DNA of 64,000 bases from Octopus vulgaris (taxonomy: Eukaryota): assembly GCA_951406725.2 (NCBI GenBank), contig OX597819.1, positions 22,320,001 to 22,384,000 of the forward strand, in the 5' to 3' direction. A model generated the notes under the pieces. It was not told where the DNA came from and did not search any database. It worked only from the letters and a program-made list of their open reading frames with translations. The translations under genes and the position numbers were made by a program. The stretch's first letter is position 1; each line of letters starts with the position of its first letter. Shown here piece by piece: positions 39,930-52,885 of this stretch.

Positions 39930-42352
39930 AGCAACATCTATAATATTGACATTCCTGCATATCATGATCTTCTACACAAAGAAATAACCAAGAAATACAA
40001 AGTAGTACCTTCTAGTACACTTAGAAAACTGAACCTGGAGATCAGAGAAATCATATTTGACTACTACCTAGAAGAAAAAACGGAACCCTACACCCCATCT
40101 AGACCGAGAATTACACTAAAGGATCATAAAGAGAATTTTCTTGGAAACACACAGGTCAGATTAATTTGCCCCACTAAATCTGACTTAGGCAGACTAAGCA
40201 AACTCATTCTAGACAAATATCTACCCACCATCCGCAATAAAATCAAACTAAACCTTTGGAAGAATACTCAGGGTGCTTTGGATTGGTTTTCTGCCATTAA
40301 GGTCTGTGACAGTAACAACTTTAGCTATAATAGAAATAAATTCATCCAATTTGATATACAGAATTATTACACTTCCATTAACCCTATTATATTAAATAAG
40401 TCCTTAATTTTTGCTAGAAAACACACTAAATTAAGTATGGGGGAGATTAAGGTTATACTAACAGCCAGGAAAACTTTAATAGAGTTTGATAATAAACTTT
40501 GGGCTAGAAAGGACACACCCAACTTGTTCGATATCACAATGGGATCGCCGGACTCGGCGGAGGTGACTGATCTAGTTGGGATGTATCTATTAGATAACTT
40601 TAGTAGGGAATTCCCTGAATTAAAAGGTGGATTATACAGGGATGACGCCTTATTTTGTGTTAAGAATACATCAAATAGGAGATTAGATCTTCTGAAAAAA
40701 AGAATAAATAAATTTTTTAAAAGTTTCGGCCTATCCATTATCATTGAAAGTGAAAATTATTCTGCTAATTATTTAGATGTTAATTGTAACATTACTAATG
40801 GTTTACATGAACCCTATATTAAACCTAATTCTAACCTAATATATATTAACCGTTCAAGTAATCACCCCCTCAAATTAAAAATGCACTAGTGCGTAGCATT
40901 AGTCAGAGAATTTCTAGTTTATCCTCTAACGAGGAAATTTTTAACAAGCATTGTGATAGATACAATGCAGCATTGCTTAAGGCAGGATACAAAAGTAAGA
41001 TATGGTTTATACCTAAGGGGAACCCTCCTAATGGAGGTAGAACTATCAGGAACAACACCAATAGATTTAGGATAAACAACAATATACATAAGAATAGTAA
41101 AAATAGAATATATGATAACACCTATAATAAATGTAGAAGTGATGTTAACCTCGGAAAGGTGAACGGTAGCTCAAATAGATCTGAGCATACGGGTAATAGT
41201 AGTAATATTAATAATAATATACAAATTAAAACTTATGGTAGACATGACAATGGTAAAGTTTACTTGCGCAATAACCATGGGAATATTGATATAGATAGAT
41301 ATAACAATGACAGTGGTAAGAATAGTAATCCTATGGGTTGGTCTAGGAATAGGATTTTTACAAATAACAATAATTCTATAGGCAATCCTAATTCTGATAA
41401 GGATACACTCTGGTTGATTATCCCATATGCAATGCAGATTAAAACAAACATAGTGAGAGCTTTGCATAATGTTATATTTAGGCATTTTGGTAAGGATAAG
41501 AATAAATTTAGTCCTTTAATTAACAACGGTACTGTTAGAGTGGGATATAGCATTACTCATAATCTAGCCACCATTATCTCCTCTTTTAATAACAGGAAAC
41601 TGGATCACTTCTATAAGGATAGAAAATTGAATTTAGACCAGGGAAATTTGCCCCTCTTTAATAATAATAGGAACAGAAACTTTCTTGGAACGATTGTGAA
41701 CAACCCCCTTACTAATAATGAGTGCACCGTACCTGTCAGAGATAATATAAATGTAATAGATCATACTACTACTACCAATACTAGTACTAGTGATAGGAAT
41801 ATAGCCGATAATGTGAAATTAACTCATTCGTTGATTTTGGGTTTGGATGATGATAACAATTGTAACACTTATAATGTGAATGGTAGTATAGGGGTGGAGA
41901 CCAATCTTAGATTTCCTCATTCTGTTAATCTTTGTAATTTCAGAAACAAAAATAAATGTGTATTTGGTAATCAATGCCTCAGGAAGGAGGTAGTTTACCA
42001 ATGCACTGTAGATACACAATTGAGTAGTAGGGTGTATATCGGGGCAACTTTGAATAGCATAAAACAAAGATTGAATTATCACAGATATACTTTTAGAAAT
42101 AAAAATAGAATGTACTCTACAGGGCTAAGTGCATACATTTGGGAACTTAAAAGTAAGAACTTAGATTTTAAATTAAACTGGAAAATACTAACTTCAGCAC
42201 CTGTGTATAATGGAAAAAATAAAAAATGCTCTCTATGTATTAATGAAATTTTTTTCATTATTAAAGCGGGTCGGCAAATTATTAACAACATTAATGAAAA
42301 AAACTTCTTTTGCATTCATAGGCTACCGTTCACCTTTTCTAGATTCAAATAG
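39930..42352 (+). pseudogene. Penelope-like RT + GIY-YIG endonuclease ORF, 5'-truncated, one frameshift near 40870
   Basis: ITLKDHK, RLICP.KS, FIQFDIQNYY, TMGSPDSAEVTDLVG, LYRDD, YLDV, SNHP; VVYQC..VYIGAT..KQRLNYH; CSLCINE. Confidence 0.93.
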
Positions 42353-43976
42353 AACTTAGCACTTCCACTATTATTAATTTTTTAACTCCCTTCTTTAACT
42401 AACTATACCTGTGGTCTTCTATAATTCTAAAGTATACAACTTATAAATTTATAATTTTATAATTTTTATAGCTACATTTGTATAATAATAATAGATGTGT
42501 CTAGTATTATTTGTTTCTTGTTTTTTGTATGTGGGTTTTTGTTTGTTTTTTAAGGGAAATGCAATATGACATGAAATAACATATTCATTTTGGTATTTGC
42601 CTTGTAATATGTGATTTTTGAAGTTTTCTAATATTGCATAGTATATTGCATAGTATATATGTATATCTTGGTTAGATACCTAGCTCTAGATAATGTAATG
42701 ATATTGTATAATATGTAATATATGAGAGCCTTTTATGAGTTTGGTGTGTTTAGGTTGAGAATATAGGTTTTTTGTATGTGTTTATTTGGAAGGTTTTTAT
42801 TGTATATTTGGTCTTTCTTTGTACTCACCTTAATTTGTATCTTATGCTATTTACTAATAAACCTTTTTCATTTTTTTCATTTTTTCATTTACATACATTT
42901 GGCTTTATAAATATTACCAGCCTTATATATTTAGTTTATATCTATAGTCCTCTGGATCTGTACTTTAAATTATCCTTCCATACATATTTACTTTCAACAA
43001 TATAACATATATATCCACTTTATTTATTTTTTTATTTTATTGTAATGTTATCAATCTCTGCATTTAGTCTTCTAATTATTTATTTATTTGCCTATTTAAG
43101 TGTAGATGTTTACATACATATCAAGTCATCTAATTTGTTATCTATTTATTTTTTACTTATTTACTTATAATAGGGTAGTTTTATACATACATATCTATCA
43201 ATTATTTTTATTTAATTTTAATAATATATGAATACATATATACTGGTTTGTACTTATAATATGTGTATAACCGTATTTATTCCTTCATATTTATTCCTTC
43301 TTATTTATTTTATCACATTTTATCTTAAGTATTTATAATATAAATTTTTAAAAATTTCTGTGATGTTCTCATATGCGTTTACATTAGTACTTCCCCTTCT
43401 ATTTTTAATGCCTAAACTGGTATATTATGGCATTAAATTTATTAAGTAAATAAGAGATTTATTTATAATATACTTACGATAAATCTAACAACCGTATGTT
43501 TACTATGCAACAAACCGGTGTTATAAATTTTAAGTTACTCAATGAAATAATTATCTGACTTAGTAACATACTGATATTTAAAAATATATTTATATCTAAA
43601 TTAAATATTTTATGAAATGCATGGGTGGTTCTTTTTCGTTATTTGAGGCACAGTTATAATTTTGAAGGACTAAATGGTAGCTGAGTTGCTTCCCCTTTTG
43701 TTTATCTATGTGCTAGTTGTTGCTTGTGATTATGTATGTGTATAAGTGTATGTATATACATATAACTATGTGTGTATGTGCGATTGATCTGTAGATGCGT
43801 GTGTGAATATTGGCGTTCCTTGACTAACCAACCGTATAATTTTCTTTTGTGATTTAAATTTCAAACCAATAGCCAATCGAATTAATCTAAATTTTCTTTA
43901 CCTAGTGGTCAGCATTTCTAAACTCATAGTTATTTCGATCTTGAAAGGATGGACTTGGTGCAAACATAACTGTATC

Positions 43977-44031
<55 letters not shown>

Positions 44032-44372
44032 AGTAATAGTAATTTTTATTAACTTTTATAGCTTTAGAATTTTATGAACTGAACCATGGTTTTAATTATT
44101 ATTTTTCATCTCCCTATGTGTTAGTTTTTTTTTAAAAAAAAACTATTAGCCAAATATGTATAATATCGGTACTTATTAATATTAATATATACACTGATAT
44201 ATATTTTGTTTTATTTTGTTCTGTTTACCTTCCTTTATTGTACCAATGAGTATTATATTATATAAGTGTAGCATTATGATGTATAAGTTTTTATATTTTT
44301 TATATTTTACATTTTTATATTTATATGTATATGGTTATATAATATTTTTCACAATTATAACAAATTTAATTT

Positions 44373-44488
44373 AATTCTCTGAAGAGGCCGTGGGGCATCC
44401 TTGTTAATGCCTCATTTATACCTGCCTTTATGGCTTATAGGTTAAATGAGGTATGACTGCCCTCACTGCCGAAACAGCTGTCAGTTTT
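44373..44488 (+). ncRNA. Type I hammerhead ribozyme motif with long extended stem II and palindromic stem III
   Basis: CT-CTGAAGA(44379)-GGC...GCC-GAAA(44471)-CAGCTG-TC-AG; inner helix ATGCCTCATTTA/TAAATGAGGTAT; stem I weak. Confidence 0.7.
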
Positions 44489-44675
44489 GATTTAATTACA
44501 TATTATATTTGAAATTTTTTACTTATATCTCTTTGTCTTTTTACTATTACTGTATATTTTATTTTGTATAATGCCTTTACTCATATGTAATGGTGTATTA
44601 AAGTATTGATTGGGTATCATCGGATAGTTGATGTTTTATTGATTTAAGTATGTTTCTCCATTCTCTAATTTTGTA

Positions 44676-44780
<105 letters not shown>

Positions 44781-44901
44781 TGTGTGTGTGTGTGTACGCT
44801 CAGATTTTTCTACATTAAATATATAACTAGACAAAACTATATAGGCTTACTCATACCTCTGTTTACCGTCAACGTGCACATACTTAAAATCAAGAATTTA
44901 A

Positions 44902-44946
<45 letters not shown>

Positions 44947-45279
44947 CAAAACTAGATCAAGAACGTAACAGGCGTCAACAAAACATCCGGACATTTAGAC
45001 AATACTAAAAAGGACAGGAAAAAAACCAGGACGAGGTATTCGGAGCTTCCTATTCTCAGTCGAGTACCAGATCATCTCAGTAGTTTCAGCCGGTTACACT
45101 CGGGACTGCTCCAATCTGGCCGGCTCCAAGAAAATCTAAGTTAAGAGCATTAGATTCCTTGGAAGAAAAAACAACCGAATATATACGAAAACAAGGATGA
45201 AAAAACGGAAAATATGGTACAGAATTACACATATAAACAACAGGACATTAACAACAGGTGTCTTTCGACTGGAAAACGT

Positions 45280-45830
45280 GAAGGATTCCCTTCCCAGATA
45301 AAAAAAAAACACTATCTCATCCAGATGCTCTTATTATACCAGCAAAGCCATTTGTGATAAATCGACAATTTTAAGTGACGCTCTGCAGAAAATCATAAAT
45401 ATTGTTAACTGTACTCGTGCCAGTGCAACTAGGCATCGTTAGTTCTGTAACATGCTGCAGTTAGACAATTAGGTATTGAGTGTGGATTTGAAGTGTCATT
45501 CTAAAGTGCGTTAGTGATCGCAAGCATAGGTGTGAGAAATGTTTTGACTTTACCCGGCAGATAATGCAATTTTATGAAGAACGGAATGAACAATGTGAAT
45601 TATTTGATGGATATTTCAATAGAAATATTGCATTTCTTTGTGATAAGACAAACAAAATGACCTGAATATTTATTTACAGGGTAAAACAAAATCAGTTTAT
45701 GACGTGGAAAAAATTGAAGCATTTCTTTTTCAAAGAGTTTCTCCTTTCTCAACTTAGCTAAAGTCATTTATGACCATGAGGTTGCGTATGAATCCCTTGA
45801 TGAATAGCCACTAGATTGACTAGCCCACCC
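45280..45830 (+). mobile_element. hAT fossil fragment, same family as 60780-62330
   Basis: Near-matching DNA, e.g. GAACAATGTGAATTAT...AGAAATA.TGCATTTCTTTGTGATA in both. Confidence 0.75.
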
Positions 45831-45929
45831 AAATCGGACTCAGTTTTTTTTTACGTCTGTTTATTGGCTACTTTCTCATTTTTATACATTTGTAGCTTTA
45901 CCTTTGTCCCCAGGACTCCTAAAAAAATT

Positions 45930-46200
45930 CATAATGAAAATGCTAAGCGTCATGCCATAACGCTGGAAGGCTAAATGGCTATGATAAAACGGCATGAGAA
46001 AGGTGAATAAATGGTACCAATTCCATGACCTTTTGGGATGAGTCGGACAACTGTATTGAATATTGTACTTAATAAGGATAAGATTTTAGCATACATGGAT
46101 TTTCCTTAACCAAGTTTTATTGAAAATGTATTCATAAATAAAGTACAGAACTGGGAATGGTTATTATCGGTTTAGCCTAGAGACAAGTTAATTCGACTCC
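45930..46200 (+). mobile_element. Tigger/pogo N-terminal HTH fragment
   Basis: KRHAITLEG*MAMIKRHEKGE...FGMSRTTVLNIVLNKDKI resembles a CENP-B-type HTH. Confidence 0.55.
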
Positions 46201-46243
46201 AGTCGTGTCTCTTGGAACCAATTAACGCCGTAAAGTGTTGTAT

Positions 46244-46337
<94 letters not shown>

Positions 46338-46448
46338 TTTTATATACTCTGAGTAACAGCTTTTGTTATATTTCTGCTGCTTTTAGAGTATATTACTCTA
46401 CCATTGATATTTGAGTGCTATTCTTTCTACTTTGTGTGCTTACTCCGG

Positions 46449-46480
<32 letters not shown>

Positions 46481-46485
46481 TATAA

Positions 46486-46534
<49 letters not shown>

Positions 46535-46559
46535 TATGTATATACACACATATGTATAT

Positions 46560-46607
<48 letters not shown>

Positions 46608-46762
46608 CTCTATACACACACACATATATATATATATATATAAGTTTGTGTATATACGTATGTCTATCATTATTCAGTTTATTTCAAGATTGTGCAGATT
46701 TGTGTGTCTTGTGTATCTATTCTGGTGTATGTAGTTTCTTATATAGACATGCTCATATATAT

Positions 46763-47370
46763 TTAAATGATAAACTTCTGGAAAGTTTTACAGAATTTTA
46801 GAGTTCCAGTGATGGACTGGATCTGTTGTCTTCGAATTAGCTTTCTACTTTCTGGTTTTGAGAAGGCTAATTCCTCGAGTTTGGTAATTAAGTAGTGCGT
46901 TACATATCCCAGGGCCCCCAGATTTAAAGGTTGAAACCTGAACTTGTAATCTGGATAGAGCAACTGCTGATATCTCAATAGTTCAGCATAGGTATTCTCT
47001 CTTTCACTGATCCTCAGCTTTTTCTGGGCAGCTAATTTCCACAACAGTGTGCAGTTTCTCTCCTCTATTCCAAATAATTATATCAGGTCTTTTGTGCTTC
47101 CATCATATTATGAGTGGCAACGGTTTCTACCATATTGTGGGTTCTTGTTTGTTTGTCCTCTAGATTATCCATCCGACAGATTTCATTATAGAGTGTTCTA
47201 GCTACATCGCCATATCTCAACGGTAGATAATACCCTGATGACATTTTCGGGCAACTGCTTATGATGTGGGTGTGAACTTCAGTGTGAACTCCACAAAGTC
47301 TGCATCGGTTGTTACATTTTAAGGCTTTTCCTGCATCGTTATCCATTTTGTGCATCAGGTACTTGGTTGA
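46763..47370 (-). mobile_element. RLE-type (R4/Dong-like) 3' fragment, third subfamily
   Basis: CRLCGVHTEVHTHIISSCPKM zinc knuckle; ...GALG...QSITGTLKFCKTF C-terminus. Confidence 0.75.
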
Positions 47371-48529
47371 TATATAAAAATAATAATAAAGTAATTAAAG
47401 TATGAATGAAAAAATATAAATATATAATCCATATATAGCCTATATATAATCCATATATAATCAATATATAAACAATATATAAACTAAAATAAACCTATCA
47501 ACAATTAAATATAAAATATAAAATATAAAATATAAAATATAAAACAAAACAAAAAAATAATAATAATATAATAATAAACTATATATACACCCATACACAT
47601 ATACCTAATTATATATAACCATATCTAACTACATACACTAAATCACACACCTATATATATATCCCTATACATACACATAAAAACGTCTAGGCAACTATAA
47701 ATAAATAAAATAGCTAAATACTTCAACACAATACTTATTCATACTCCCCCACACACACACACATACAACCCACATTCACACTCTAGAAAACGGACATCAC
47801 TTAAAATTATGAACGGAGAAATGGAATAAATGGAATTAAAATTATATTCACTTGGTAAAACGAACACTACTTAAAAATTATGAATGAAACAATGCAATAA
47901 AACAACAGACATCGCAAATAGACACAAATTACTACGAATTCCTTAACAAACCTACCATGATAAACCAAAACTCATAAAAACATATAATGATAAAATCTCC
48001 CTTTACTAAACTCTATAACATACCTATATAGCAATCCCCCTAACCTAAACATTCACACACAAATACACACACATAAACCACACACCCACGACATATACAA
48101 ATACCCACACCACTTACACATACCTATACATACATATAAACCTCAACATATACTCCAAAAACCCACTCAACCCCACACAGACAAATAAACACAAAAATTA
48201 TGAATGGATTCTTTTATAAAACTACCATGATAAGCTAAAACTCACAAAACATAAATGATAAATATATATATATATATACTTCGTGCTGTCATCGAAATTA
48301 CACTGCACGTGAGATCTCAACAGCTGGCAATTAAATTCATCGAAGATATCATTACTTTATCCTTTAATGGCTGTAAATTTGTAAAGATTTAAATGCTGTT
48401 ATAGTAAAAAAGATAATTAACAACGCTAGCTTATTTTATTTGGTAATATTTGCTTTTCGCTATATATAAATAATTATTTTATATAATTTATATTTTTATA
48501 GAAAGTGACACTGACCAGTCTAGAACCGA

Positions 48530-48800
48530 AAACGAAATCGAAACCGATGCCAGAATCAATTTGCAATAAACCGATGAAGAAGGAGATAATCCTTATACCG
48601 GGCCAAGCTTTAATCTTTCTCTCTTATAATCCTCACAGAAACGCGTGTAATAAATAACGCAATAAACTCATTTCACAGCCAACTGCGCTATTTGTTTTGC
48701 TCTGTTTTCTTTTTTTCTGATGGATACTCTGTGATCTTTATGATTGTTAGAAACCATTAGGAGGAAAATCTGATTCAAAGGCAACATTTACTTTTCGTAA
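48530..48800 (+). repeat. Duplicated upstream non-coding block, paralog at about 55045-55350
   Basis: GAAGGAGATAAT..TTATA.CGGGC.AAG and ATGATTGTTAGAAA.CATTA shared. Confidence 0.65.
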
Positions 48801-49801
48801 ATATTTTCTCTCCAATTTTAAGGTTGGGTTGAAAACCATATGTTAATGTGTTTAGATTTATTAAGGATTTATTGTGCCCAGAATTATCTGATACATCTTC
48901 GTCGGCAACCTTGCTACAGATGGTGTCTCGATAAAAATACTGGTCGGTGGCAAGCTAAAATCGCGCCTCATTTATGAGAGTAAATGCTACCGATAACGAT
49001 GTGAACGGGACTAGAGCTAATGCTGGAGATGCCGCGTCTAGCAGGTGTCTCATTGTGCAACGGGGTGAGCCAGATTGTAATGCAAATGAAACAGTTGCAG
49101 AAGGTATGGGATTGAAGATGCATGAGAAGAGAGCATTGACGGAAAGGAAAGGAAATAAACAATATTGGAGAAAAAGGAAAATGTAAAATGTTACAAGTTT
49201 CCTGAGCAGTTTAGTGTCGATACATGACAGGAGAAGGAAAGGAGAATTGAAAAATGATGGGAAATTTGAAAAAAGGAAGAAGTATGGTGTTGATACCAAA
49301 AGGTCTGAATATTGTGACTTCTGAGGGTTTTATCGATTATTTCTGAGACTTGTGTACAATCAATAAAGAAAACCTTTCATAGGGCAATTTATATCCGTGT
49401 CACAATGCTCCAGTTTTAAGGCAACGATTATATCGTGCCTTTTAAGTTGCTGAAGTAAGGTTTTAAAAACACTGAATTTGTAAGAAAATTAAAGCTTTGA
49501 AACATGTGTCATCTAAAAACTGACTTAGGTTTCTATATGAGAGTATCTATCTATCTCTCGATCGATCTACCTACGATGTTATCCTTTGTGTTGTGTGGAT
49601 CGGTACAAACTTGTTTTTCTTTTTTCTTTTTTAGTTCAGGGGCAGACGAAGAAGCCATTGTTTCCTCTTCTCTACGAGCCATAAAATAGTCTATAGTTGT
49701 CAGCAAGTATTTTATAAAATGTCATTATTATCCGATTCAGGTTTGGGACTGAGATATATTGTCAGAAGCTGTTTATTAATATTAGAGGTGTTACATTCAG
49801 T

Positions 49802-49878
49802 TATAAATACTCATTGTTTTCGCATTCGTCATTCTTTCATAATTTCTTCACAGCTTTGTCCATTTGGTATACGTAAGT
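49802..49878 (+). promoter_or_regulatory. TATA box, initiator and short non-coding first exon with GTAAGT donor (gene copy C)
   Basis: TATAAATA at 49802, TCATTC with A at 49831 (29 nt downstream), donor GTAAGT 49873-49878; conserved in inverted paralog at 10653-10728. Confidence 0.6.
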
Positions 49879-50059
49879 AAACTTTTAAAATTATTTAAAT
49901 CTTTATGGAATTTGTATGTTCGGCAGTGTCTCCTTATAATTCGCGAGAAATGCCTATAATATAAAGTTACTGGCAGTATGTTGATTTGATTTTGTTGGTA
50001 AAGAACAGAATATATAAGTACTATATTTAGACTAATTGCCTTTTCTCTGTTTCTCTCTG

Positions 50060-50090
<31 letters not shown>

Positions 50091-50603
50091 CTCTAACTAT
50101 CTAACTATATATATATATATATAATCATTACAGATATAGCATAAAGAAATATTAATTTAATAATTAATAAATTTTACCAAGAAGTTTCGGTATGGAAAAA
50201 AAACCCATTATCGTTAAAAACTAGTACAATTTTTTTTTTATATATAATAATAAACATAATTAAGGGTTTAGCAACAAGTTGCTTCACCACATACCGAAAA
50301 TTTAGAAACAGCAGCCAAAGACAGCTAATTCCTTTCACTACAAATATGACTCAACAGACAACAGTATTTGTAACTCACATGGGCAAAAAGAAAACAGGTT
50401 TGGCATTAGGGAGTGAAATGATCATTACAGGTATAAGGTAAAGAGATTACAGATATAGGGTAAAGAATTATTTTTTAACATTTTCAAATTTATAATTCTC
50501 GAAACAATATCTTGATGAAAGAAATGAATTTTTATAATTCTCATCCAGAAACGCGTCCATAATTAATCGAAGACTATTTGATTACGTTAATTTTTCTTCT
50601 TTT

Positions 50604-50680
<77 letters not shown>

Positions 50681-50803
50681 TCAAAAATATAAGGAATGGC
50701 CCTGATAGGCCATTCGACTCACTAGAAAGAGCAGCCAAACTGAAACCGCTAAATAGTTGTAATTCTGAAGTTGAAAGAGAAATAAAAACATTTACCCTTT
50801 TCA

Positions 50804-50898
50804 TCTCTGGACTATGCATAGTTTCGACAAACTTTGGTAAACAAATTAATTAAATTAAATTAAATTTATTTACAACTGGCGTGTCTCGTCAGCAGAGA
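50804..50898 (-). ncRNA. Type I hammerhead ribozyme, intact core
   Basis: Minus strand TCTCTG-CTGACGA-GACA...TGTC-GAAA-CTATGCATAG-TC-CAGAGA; GUC cleavage triplet ending at 50810. Confidence 0.88.
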
Positions 50899-51273
50899 AG
50901 CCGAGGACGAGTGTATGTCCACGAGGCTACGGCAAAGAAGCCTCCAGCCTATATGCCCTAAATTTTCAAAATCCACCGCCACCGCGCGGTCTTCTCAGCA
51001 GCAAATATAAACTGCTGATTTAATTTCAAAATTAGCCCAAAAATCATTAATTAATAAATATAAAGGTAGCAAAAAAATTTTAGAAAAAATTCTCCGCTAC
51101 CAGCGGTCTAGTGAGAAAGAAGAGATAGTCAAAGACTATATAACATACATTCAACAATATAAGGAATGGCCCTGATAGGCCATTCGACTCACTAGAAAGA
51201 GCAGCCAAACTGAAACCGCTAAATAGCTGTAATTCTGAAATTGAAAGAGAAATAAAAACATTTACCCTTTTCA

Positions 51274-51368
51274 TCTCTGGACTATGCATAGTTTCGACAA
51301 ACTTTGGTAAACAAATTAATTAAATTAAATTAAATTTATTTACAACTGGCGTGTCTCGTCAGCAGAGA
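51274..51368 (-). ncRNA. Type I hammerhead ribozyme, identical second copy
   Basis: Same sequence as 50804-50898. Confidence 0.88.
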
Positions 51369-51809
51369 AGCCGAGGACGAGTATATACGACAACTCCTCG
51401 ACCCAAATAAGCAAAAAAGTATACCCAAATTACTTCCATAAATTTGATGCACAACACCTCTATTCTACGCTGTTACATTAAACTTCAGTGAATATAATAT
51501 TCAGTTTTGTCATCATGTTAGCAGCCCTCCCAAAATCAACTAAAAATTAGAAAAGAACAACAGTCAGTAACATTATCTAGCGTGGCTTAATCCGTAGTAT
51601 TTTGTTCATGCGACATTGAGGACACATTAAGGTGTTCAGTAGGTTCACTAAAAGATAAGTTTTATAAGGTGTGAAGGCGCGTGGCCTAGAGGTTACGGCA
51701 ATGGGATCACGGTGGTGAGTTCGATTATTGTCAGCTCGTTGTGTTCTTGAGCAAGACACTTTAATTCACGTTGCTGCAGTAGGTTCACTAAAAGATAACT
51801 TTTATAACC

Positions 51810-52400
51810 TTTCTACTTTAGGCAGAAGGCCTGAAATTTGTGGGGAGGGGCAAGTAGATTAGATCGACACCAGTACGCCAATGGTACTTAATTCATCTAC
51901 CCAGAAAGGATGAAAGGCAAAGTGAACCTCAGCGTAAATTGAACTCAGAACATGAAGACGGACGAAATACCGATAAGCATTGCGCCCGGCATGCTTACGA
52001 TTCTTATTTCTTATTTCTTATTTCCTTATTGTCAGAGGTGACAAACAAGGACAGATAAAGGGATTAAGTCGATTATATCGACCCCAGTGCCTAACTGGTA
52101 CTTATTTAATCAACCCCGAAAGGATGAAAGGCAAAGTGGACCTCGGAGGAATTTGAACTCAGAACATAAAGACAGACAAAATACCTATTTCTTTACTACC
52201 CACAAGAGGCTAAACACAGAGGTGACAAACAAAGACAAACAAACGGATTAAGTCGATTAGATCGACCCGAGTGCGTAACTGGTACTTATTTAATCGACCC
52301 CGAAAGGATGAAAGGCAAAGTGTACCTCGGCGGAATTTGAACTCAGAACATAGCGGCAGACAAAATACCTATTTCTTTACTACCCACAAGGCGCTAAACA
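51810..52400 (-). mobile_element. Head-to-tail array of Nin/Deu-type SINE units (three cores plus a partial unit)
   Basis: GAAAGGATGAAAGGCAAAGT core near 51904, 52118, 52302. Confidence 0.85.
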
Positions 52401-52737
52401 AGTGATATTCTGGTATATATAAATATATATACCAGAATATCACTAAACGAAACGATGAGAGGGCAAAATAGTTAGCACGCCGGGCATTTTCGCTTACCGG
52501 AAATTTTAATGGCTTTCTGACTTGAATTCAAACTTCTCCGAGTTCGATTTTGTATTTGATCACTTTCAGGTCAATAAAATAAGTACCATTTAAGCATTAG
52601 AGTCATTGTAATCGACTTACCCGTTCCCCTGAAAGTGCTAACATTTTGCCAAAGTCTTGGGCCAGTATAGGTATAATTAAGTCACCGAAATAGTTTTAAT
52701 ACAATAATCAATAAAGTGTTCGTTTTCTTATCAATAG

Positions 52738-52885
52738 ATTGTCGGTTGTCTAATGGCGCATGTTCTAAGGCAAACACAGATTATTTGTCCATCAGTGTCG
52801 GCATCTGCTGGCATCACACCTGCATATATAAGGGAGATAAAAACATTGAAACCGCTATGTCATATGCCGGATTATGTAAAAGTCT
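52738..52885 (+). CDS. Cys-rich exon, gene copy C: CRLSNGACSKANTDYLSISVGICWHHTCIYKGDKNIETAMSYAGLCKS
   Basis: TTTTCTTATCAATAG acceptor, GTGAGT donor, same length and Cys pattern as 34151-34298; neighbouring coding exons not found. Confidence 0.75.

Larger units (their letters stand above)
39930..44600 (+). mobile_element. Penelope-like retroelement (possibly Naiad-type) with about 2.2 kb AT-rich 3' region ending in a hammerhead-bearing terminal repeat
   Basis: ORF above plus hammerhead motif at 44373-44488; bounded by TA-rich microsatellites; clade assignment is from memory of motifs and needs a tree. Confidence 0.8.
50677..51382 (-). repeat. Tandem Penelope-type terminal repeats, about 236-bp near-identical segments 470 bp apart
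   Basis: 50677-50912 vs 51147-51382, only a few mismatches. Confidence 0.9.

Noticed and set aside
40860-40895. Selenocysteine or programmed recoding in the Penelope ORF
   Set aside because: Break is a frameshift in a C run leading to TAG, not an in-frame TGA
48955-49299. Short ORFs upstream of the copy C promoter
   Set aside because: No recognisable motif, splice sites or paralog
51810-52400. CRISPR-like regularly spaced repeats
   Set aside because: Whole units repeat with no unique spacers; eukaryotic SINE multimers
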